From positions 11,276,965 through 11,340,964 of the forward strand of contig CM119270.1 of the NCBI GenBank assembly GCA_051294375.1: a DNA stretch of 64,000 bases. Direction: 5' to 3'. This DNA comes from Paraspadella gotoi (taxonomy: Eukaryota > Animalia > Chaetognatha). The notes under the pieces were generated by a model that was not told the origin of the DNA, did not search any database, and saw only the letters and a program-made list of their open reading frames with translations. Positions 51,280 through 64,000 of this stretch are shown one piece after another. Position 1 is the stretch's first letter. Each line of letters opens with the position of its first letter. A program made the translations under genes and the position numbers.

Positions 51280-51448
51280 CTCTCTCTCCTCTTTCTCTCT
51301 TCTCTATCCCCAACTTTTGCATTGTGAAAAATACAACTTGTCAAATGCTGATATGAAACTCGCGAAAAACAAAGTCGAAACATGGTCCAATATTTTGTAA
51401 ATAAAAATCGTTGTAAAAAAAATACTAAAACTTTCGTTTTCGAATCTG
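50125..51448. mobile_element. ~1.3-kb TIR DNA element absent from duplication copy 1
   Basis: ~72-bp TIRs at 50125-50196 and 51376-51448 (CAGATTCGAAAACGAAAGTTTTAGTA...). The empty site is at 44111-44135. The interior at 50200-50910 is GC-rich. Confidence 0.85.
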
Positions 51449-51837
51449 GTATTATTTTGTTCTAAATACGTGAAGATCGTTTACCTAAGTTTTGGTAAAC
51501 AAATTTTTTCGCCTTTTTCGATCTTTTACTTTGTCAGCCTTTGTTATTCGATCTTTAAACTTTCGGCGAAAGTTTTTAATTAGCCGCAATTTTCGACGAC
51601 GACGACGACGACGACGACGACGGACGACGACGAACTTATCCGGCCGCGTGTCTGCGCATCGACAAACGCTCTGTGTTTGTACTGGAAAGCGAATGGGCAG
51701 GTGGGACTCCAGACGCGGTTTGAACCGGACGACGATATGCGGGCGACGACGACGATAAAGAAGACGAAAGGACGACACGACCGATAAATGTGAACCGAAA
51801 GAAGGACGAGGTGACACGCGAACTGAGTCAACCAATT

Positions 51838-51929
<92 letters not shown>

Positions 51930-52155
51930 TCATTGTACTAATCCAGCCAGCGACAGAATTTACCATTTTTAATGTTTTGAATTCTGGACTCGTTCCGCTT
52001 TGGAATTAGTGTGCTATTGAAACTTGTCTTGTTCTTTTTCTAAAGTTTTTCAGTTCGATCAAAATTGCATTAATAACTGCTTTCGAAGGAAAAGACTGAT
52101 TTACCGGCTGAATATTCGGAATATATGAAGTGTTGAGGATCTAACAATTTTTCAA

Positions 52156-53134
52156 GGCAGGGATCACTCAATTCTAAAAAATTATAGAAATCTTAAATTT
52201 ACTGTATTCTTAATCATTTTCTCATATCTTGTAAGAGGTTTTTTCTATTGAAAAATAAAATCGAAAACGTGTTTAAAAATCTAAATAAAATGTTCATTAA
52301 AAATTTAAAACATAATTTTTTCTTGGTAAAACTAGATTTCAAGAGAAAAATAATTTTTATATGTAAGTAAATTTCTACAACTTAAAATTTTTTAACTCAA
52401 AACCTGAATTTTCTTTACAGTAAGTCAATTGTATACTTCTTATATTTAATTCCTCCTTTGGTAAAAAGACAACTTGGAAGTTGTATCACTAATAATCTAA
52501 AATAAACTACTTACACATTTTCCAGGACGGGTTTTTATACTTTTATGAGTTTTAGGAGTTAAAAAAACTTATCGAATTTATTTTCAATTTGACTTTTACT
52601 TTATGTAGATGCTTTAATGAGTTTAATGAGTACAGAATTTAACTTCGTGACGAAGCTGAAGTTAAAAACGAAGAGTTGCAGCTCAAACCGTTGGGACTCT
52701 TCTTGAAGAAAAAAATTTATCTTGGGCAAGAAAAGAAATGTGGGAGATTCTATGAGCGCGTGTTTTTGAAAAAATGTTTTTCGTTTCAAAGATATCAAGG
52801 GAATTGATCCCAAAAATTGTTTAAAATAATCAAATTTTTATATGAAAGGAAGGCAAATTTGAAGTATTCTTTTTCATAGAATTGGAGTTCGTGGACTTAA
52901 GGTAATCATTGCCAAATTTAAATGAGAAACCGCCCTTACTGTTTGGGCTGCAACTCTTCAAAAATAGGGTTTCTTTCTATATCATATAGTTACAAAAAAA
53001 AATCAAAAAAAAACGAGTGACGCCTTTTGAAAATATAGTAAAGTAAAAATAACATTTTCGGAATCGTCAGGAGCTCTCCTTCGGTCCGAGGCTCAGTTTT
53101 AGCCAATATAATTTGAATTGAATTGATCCCGGAC
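52156..53134. mobile_element. ~1-kb non-autonomous DNA transposon at a TTAA site (Kolobok-like termini)
   Basis: Imperfect TIRs GGCAGGGATCACTCAATTC / GAATTGAATTGATCCCGGAC, with flanks TT(C)AA and TTAA. The empty site ...CAATTTTTAAACAACCCGC is at ~44897-44915. Confidence 0.7.
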
Positions 53135-53453
53135 TTAAACAACCCGCATTAAATATTGTGCAATGTGCATCTTTATAATTATAATCTAACAACTCTTACA
53201 ACTTACGTTTTCACTTTGCATTGATTTTGAATTAATAAATCAATTTCAATTGTTGAAACGGGATGTTATAAAATAATATGTATTCCAATAATACGTAATC
53301 AATAAAAATCCAAAACTCCGACCCTAAACTTTCGCCGCTTTCGATTAACAAGGACTCACGTTGAAAGTCTCTTTTTCAGTCTTTCCACAGGCAACGATCG
53401 ATCGAGAGTCGGGGAGAATCTTGGCGCCGTCGCGCTGGAAACCTGAAAACTCG

Positions 53454-53527
<74 letters not shown>

Positions 53528-54392
53528 TCTCGCTCTCTCTCTCACTCTCTCTCTATCTCTCTCTCTCTCTCCCTCTCTCTATCTCTCCCGCTCAAAATTA
53601 CCCAATTGGCACGTTTTCTTTAATTCATATTATTCTCTTTCTTTCCTTTGTTCCATTCTTTTTCTTACCATCCGCGTCCCGGAGATTTCAGATCTTCTTC
53701 CCAACGGACTCCAACTGTCTCTCCCTTCATCACAGAAAAACTACTCCAGTCGCCCGTCGCGTTGTCCACCCATCCTCTCAACGGGGACGATGACGTAGAA
53801 GACAATGACGTTGACGACGATAATGACGATAACAATTTTTCTCTCTTGCTCTTCTCTCAGATTTATTCTTTATGTTAATCAGCCTTTTCCTTTTCTGGTC
53901 GGTCTGTCCGTATTTCATTTCGCCGGTCCGTCCCAGGTACATTTGAAAGTTAATACTGAGCCAAAAATGACAAGCAGGTTTTGTACCCACGGCGAAACTT
54001 TGTAAATACACTACTGTTCAAAATAAACGCCCCACTTTATAACTTTAGATTCCAGACACTCTATAAAGACATTTTTGCAAATTATATATAAAAAAATATT
54101 AATCTTTTAAAAAAAGAAATCAATGTATCTAAAATTTTACTACAATCGGTCAAGTGGTTTAGGAGATATAATTTTTTAAACTTGAGTATTCTAAAATCAA
54201 ACAGAAAAATCGACTTTTATCTAAAAGCTTCAGAATCATGGACCTATCTTTTATCATATGTTTTAATAACCTTAAGATTATTATTTAGGAACTGAGGCAA
54301 TCCAGTTATCCAGCTATCCAGTATATTTTTTTAATTTTTAATCTACTACAATCTACTATAAAGTATTAGAAAAAATAAGTTGGTCTTAAATC

Positions 54393-55054
54393 TGTATGGT
54401 GGACTAAAATCCACCAACCGTTCATCAGCGGCCATTGGTGCCGGAGGCAAGTCATTCGCTTCCCAACCCAAAGGTCCGGGGTTCTAGGCCTGGTGGCCGC
54501 CTAGCAGTTAAGAAGGACGGGCGCGCTTATCCCGCTGTAACATGGTGTTACAGCCTAATCCGAAGCTCAGGGACTGCTTATATTGAACCGGTTCTGTCAA
54601 CTAACTCATAACAATAATTACTGTCTCTTCATTGGTGAGCCCGACTTCCGAACACAACAGCAACAACAACACTTTCAGGCGACATGCCTCAACCTGGCGA
54701 TGCACTTTCCGCCAACAACACACATCAGGCGACATGCCTCAACTTGTGACGCACTTTCCACCAACAAACAACAATTCACTGAAGAGACACAACAGACTTC
54801 TCCCTATGGGAGGGGGGATGTATGGTGGACTAAAAATCCCCCAACCGTTCATCAGCGGCCATTGGTGCCAGAGGCAAGTCATTCGCCTCCCAACCCAAAG
54901 GTCGGGGTTCTAGCCCAGTGGCCGCCTAGCAGTTAAGAGGACGGGGCGCTTAACCCGCCTGTAACATGGTGTTACAGCCTAATCCGAAGCTCAGGACTGC
55001 TTATATTGAACGGTTCTGTCACTAACTCATAAACAATAATTTACTGTCTCTTCA
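54393..55054 (+). mobile_element. TRIM-like miniature LTR retrotransposon (5'LTR 54393-54631, PBS 54633-54645, PPT 54808-54818, 3'LTR 54819-55054)
   Basis: Two ~240-bp TG...CA direct repeats. PBS TGGTGAGCCCGAC matches the tRNA-Trp-type PBS TGGTGACCCCGAC at 12/13 positions. PPT GGGAGGGGGGA directly precedes the 3'LTR, and the interior is ~187 bp and non-coding. The LTR start also appears at 46320-46357. Confidence 0.88.
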
Positions 55055-56748
55055 TCTGTAAGATTTTATTTGTACTTTCAGCTTTGCGGTAGAGTACAGA
55101 TGGGCTGATTTTAATAAAATTTATACCAAACTTATTATTTTTCAATAAACTTTTATTCACTTTTTAAAATTCAAGTATACATAATGATTTTTAAAGTCAG
55201 AAATAAAGTGGCGCGATTTTTTTGCATATGAATGTACAACTTTAAAGTTTGTACAATGTCTTCCTCAGAATGTATTGTCATGTGAACAACAGGAAGGACG
55301 TCTATTTGACCAGTATACCTCTTTTAACACTGGACGTTTTAGTTAATACTAGGTTGGCATGTGACGTACCATGAAAAGTAACCTTGATTGTTCGTACTTT
55401 GTGAAGCAACATGATTATCCTAATATGTGTTCATGTGAACCGAAGGATAAAAGAATAAGTTGGCTTGATTATAAACATTCGAAATTTCATATTTTGGAAA
55501 ACCATAGAATGATAGAAGATTTGAAGGTTTTGAAGAGAACCAGCGCCTTTATCTTTTGTTTTCTATTCTCGTCTTACTTTAGCGACACCTCGGTGTCATA
55601 TTTCATCAACATTGGAAAACAAAAGTTTAATTTGTTAGAGACGTTTAACTTTACGTATTGCTGTTAATAAATTTTGATATACTTACTGTATGAAAAAGCG
55701 AGAGAAAAAAATAAATCAGACAAAAATTACCAATCAGTAAACACTATCTTTAGATAGCCTTTACCTCATATATCTTCTTAAGAAAAAGGGTCATTCAAAT
55801 CAACTTGAAAATAGGCAAAAATTCAAAAAGCTGAGCTCCTGGCGATTCCAAAAATGTATTCACTTTAAACATTTGATGCGTTCTACGCCATTTTATATCG
55901 ATTTTAATTATAATATAAAATAAAAGAAACCTATCTGAAGAGTTGCAGGTCACACGAAAAGGCCAATCCATCTGATATTTTTTATGAATTTTTTATTAGT
56001 GAATTAGAAAAATGTAATAGACTTGTATCCTTGAAAATGAAACGTTTTTAAATCTTAACCCTGAATTCTTTCTAACTGGAACACGTTTATCGAAATGTCT
56101 CTCTATTACATTTTCACAAATGTTTTTAAGATTGCTATTCAAATTTTTAAATCAATATTATTGCAATCGTTTAGGATGCAACTCTATAAATTCAGTATAG
56201 ATTCAATGTAGATCGAATTTCTTTACCATGTATTTAACTAAAGCTTTTGTTCAAGACTGGAAAACCAACAGAGTAACAAGATTAATTGTTTAACTCTCCC
56301 TTTTAAATTGGCCTTTAACATGTTTTAACTTCTTACCTATAATTTTTTAACAACCAGATTGAAAAACAAATCTTTAAAAAATGTGCTTACAGATTTTGTT
56401 ATTTACCGATTTAAAAAAAATATTTAAAACAGAATGTTTACATATAAATAAAAACTTTTTTTGGTGATTACTGGTGATTACAATGTATTTCTCGATGTAT
56501 TAGCTCTAATACATCAAAGATTACGCATTGTTAAGTTGAATGACATTTCCTCTTAACAAAATAATCCAAAAATGGTCTCCTTAAAAACTTTTAACTTTAT
56601 TTCAAAGAATAAAATAAGTTTTTTGATTTATTTTAAATAAAACCATTCTTTTTACTTTTTACCTTTCAGCCTTAATTATTAATTAAGCCCCACCTCGGCC
56701 GCCCACCCACTTCTGGCTCAGATTGGTCAGCCCGTCTCTCAAGCCATC

Positions 56749-58065
56749 CTATTCACTCAAAATGGCGATGTCCACGGTCTGCATCATCTTGCTCAGCTTC
56801 TCTCGCAGCGGATCCTCCAAGATTTCTCCGATGCGGCTTTCGAACTTCCCAATGATGGCGTCGATGATCTTTTCTATGATCGTGCCGACAGGTCCCACGT
56901 TTTTCAGGTCCAGTTTCACGTCGAGGCTTTCCAGGTCGTGGATGCCGAAGCTCTTCAGCATCGGGTGCTTTTCGGAAAGGTTCTGAGTATCATAAATTAC
57001 AAAGCATTAACAAGTCAATTCTTCGCATTTGGTATTGATACACAATGAAGTATTGAATCATTTTTTTTTAAAGTTTCACATTAAATTAACTTAAAAAATA
57101 ATAATTTTCAACCTACCACTTCGATGACGATTTTCATGGCGAGAGATTTGATCAAAATTTGGGCCGTACCGCTTGTTATCTCAACTCCTAAAAGATCAAC
57201 CGCAATTCTAAAACAAAGAGGAAGGTGAGAACCTATAATTAATTATCGAATGAGGCGATGCTAATAAGGACATTGATTGGACTGAATTACATGTATTCGA
57301 CAGAGACATTTGAAACTCCGAGATCGATCGTAATGTCAAAGGTTTTCCCGTCTGGTAGACCCTCTATATTGGAGTGGTGTTCGCTGGTAGAAAGTTGGAA
57401 GGGAGGAAAAGGTTAAATGAATATGAGTTCTGAGTATAGGAAGGCAATGTTTACAAACAACTACTTTTTTTATTTTTAGAAAGAGGAGTTGTATATAAAG
57501 TTAAAATATAAATTCTATCCTGACTTTTTTGCGATTTTTTTTTCAGAAAATTTTCGTATTCGTATTTGACAGCGAATCAGGCCTAGCTCGGACACCTGTG
57601 GATCGATTTTAGACCCCTCAACTTTCCGTCGGAGAGTTTGATGCTGAACAAATCTGGAAGCGAGTTTTTGAAGCCTGGGACCGGCAGGGGATCCCAATGA
57701 GACGCGGCGTACTTCTTCAAGTTGCGCACCCCAGTGTCGATCAGCACCTCGCAGAATTTCACTGGCGGAAACGAGATTGCAGTACTCGTATTCATTTTTA
57801 TGGAACTCTCTTTAAGTGTCGGTGTTGTCTTTCTGAAAAGATTTTTACTTACGTCTGTCGTCATCCATACGTAACTCCGTTCTCTTTCTTTGAGGGCTAC
57901 AAAACGAAAAACGGCTTTGAATTGGTGAATATATGCAATTGAATATAGCAATTGAATATAGCAATTGATGCTTGGATACTTAGTAAATTGCGTTATTTAT
58001 ATAGCTCTTTCGTACCTCTGTAAGGTCGACACCACCAAAAATAAAAATATTATTAATTTCTTCAT
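56749..58065 (-). CDS. Secreted TULIP-fold lipid-binding protein (group-7-allergen / takeout-JHBP-like), 5 exons
   Basis: Signal peptide MKKLIIFLFLVVSTLQS; WDPLPVP; IKLSDGKLRGLKSIHR; beta-rich middle; C-terminal helix GPVGTIIEKIIDAIIGKFESRIGEILEDPLREKLSKMM. Splice phases are compatible. Confidence 0.7.
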
Positions 58066-59088
58066 TTTGAATTATTTTTCCACGTTTCCTGCTATCGTGG
58101 AACTTGAAGCGTAAACTAATTTTCTAAATTTACTTTTATTTTGAGTACAAATTCAGTCAACGCGTTTAATTTCAGGAACCAGAAAGATGACCGGCGACGA
58201 TTTACGATCTTAGTAAAACTTACTTTTTTGTTTTAATTTTTATTATGATTTATAAAGCACAGCAGGAACAAATAATAATAACTAGGGTAAAGTATTTGCT
58301 TCAAGAAAAATTACTCCAAATTCAGTAGAACAAAGCACTAAAAATTAATAAAAAAATTAGTAATTAATTAATAAATTAACATTAATTAATTGACGGTGGA
58401 TATGCTAAAACAATATATAGTTAAATTAACATAGTATGCTTAATATATAGTAAGAATTACTTATTATACTAAATCAATTAAGTTTACTTTTAACCTTTTT
58501 AATCCTATTGTAATTTTTATTAAGAAACCGGGAAAGTAAAATGAAAACATACACTACCTGTAAAATATACAAGTAGATGNNNNNNNNNNCAAACAGGCAA
58601 CGTCACTCTATATTTGCTTCAATTCCTTTTTTTCGCATGATTGAAAGAAGGAAAGAAAAAATTACAAAATCATAAGTAAAAAAGAATAAAGTCACAAAAA
58701 AAAGAAAGAAAGAAAGAAGAAATTGAGATTAATAAGTAATAAGCAGATTCATTGATACTTTGCTCGACTGAAAAAACTTGAGTTAGTTTTCGGAAATTGT
58801 AGTAAGTGAATTTAATTGTTGGGTGAGGTTATGCTCCTTTTCGAACGACTAACCATTTTCAGTTTTTCATTTCTTTCTTCTGGAGAAAATTTCCATTCAG
58901 TTTCTTCAGAATTACCACTTTTATGTTTAGTTGTTAAGATATGGAATTCACAGATAAAAAAATATTAAATTAAAGCAGTGATCTTGGATTTGAATTACCT
59001 TTTAAAATGATTCCTTCGCAAAAATGTCATCACTTGAAATTTCCAGATCAAAACTGTAATTGAATAAAACTTACACCATTGTTTTGAT

Positions 59089-63272
<4,184 letters not shown>

Positions 63273-64000
63273 ATCTACTGGTTGCGCCTTCTTTGACTAA
63301 TCAATCCAGTTTAGCGACGGTCGATCGCGAGTCTCAATTTCCTCCCACTTGTTATTTTTCTACTGCCGTCGGATTTAAATAATTAATTAATTGACGAAGT
63401 AGATCAATGATCAGTTAATCAGCAATCCGAATCGTTTTGAGTTCGAATCAACTGTTAAAATATTCTATTTTTTTGACATTCTCTCGAATTTACTTTGCGT
63501 GTATAAAATATGTATCTATAGTGTCAACTCTCAAGGACTGGATTTTGCTTAACTTTCCCTTAACGCCCTGTATATGATATTTTCGTTAAATGCGTTTAAA
63601 AAAAGATGAAATATAATACTAAAGCCTTTATTTTTAAAGAACACATCGACATGAAATTTATAAAGAAGTCGAAGCCAAAAAAAAAACAATACTAATCCGT
63701 CTCACTAACCCGTTCACAACGGGCGACGACTCCAACATAAACAAAGACGAAAAATATTCTCACATTTTCACTTGAAAAAAAAAAACTAACGTTCTCTTAA
63801 TGCGATATTATATACTATATAGAGTCCCTGGCGTCGATTCTAAACGATAAAAACCCGATTCCAAATTCATTTATTTAAACCAGCGTTGATGGCAGTTTTA
63901 CGCTAACATCGACGCATTAATCTTGAAAACAAATCTCTTTTCTGCTTTGAAACAGAAAAAAAGAAAAAAAATTCCACTCGCTCTCTCTCTCTCTCTCTCT

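Larger units (their letters stand above)
46383..54430 (+). repeat. Segmental duplication, copy 2 (indel-rich; probable alternative haplotype or unpolished read)
   Basis: Starts right after a gap. It differs from copy 1 mainly by scattered 1-nt insertions, which frameshift the duplicated first exon at 46383-46749. Confidence 0.9.

Noticed and set aside
54500-54545. Cassandra-like 5S rRNA box in the LTR (GCAGTTAAGAAGGACGGGCGCG)
   Set aside because: The resemblance to box A is only loose, with no intermediate element or box C.
54415-54600. Hammerhead or twister ribozyme in the TRIM LTR (minus-strand CUGAUGA; GUCCUGAGC)
   Set aside because: There is no GAAA or UH at the positions required by the flanking stems, and the twister P2/T1 elements cannot be built.

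Overview
AT-rich, microsatellite-rich animal genomic DNA, probably invertebrate. It comes from a gapped draft assembly with locally error-prone sequence. Bases 750-23538 (+) hold a many-exon otoferlin gene. It ends in two tandem, equal-length alternative terminal exons encoding different transmembrane anchors, which mirror vertebrate OTOF exons 47/48. Downstream lie a minus-strand FN3-domain gene, a small signal-peptide/2-TM gene, an SLC22/Orct transporter (+), and a minus-strand intron-containing gene ending in a Merlin/IS1595-transposase-like Zn-ribbon+HTH with no DDE domain (possible domesticated transposase). After these come a ~6-8 kb tandem duplication that is probably a haplotig artefact and exposes two polymorphic DNA-transposon insertions, a complete TRIM-like mini LTR retroelement with highly structured LTRs, and a secreted TULIP/group-7-allergen-like gene. 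A structured solo-LTR-like island, MITEs and splice-site-containing minisatellites lie in otoferlin introns. All protein and family calls come from manual translation and recalled motifs, not database searches.
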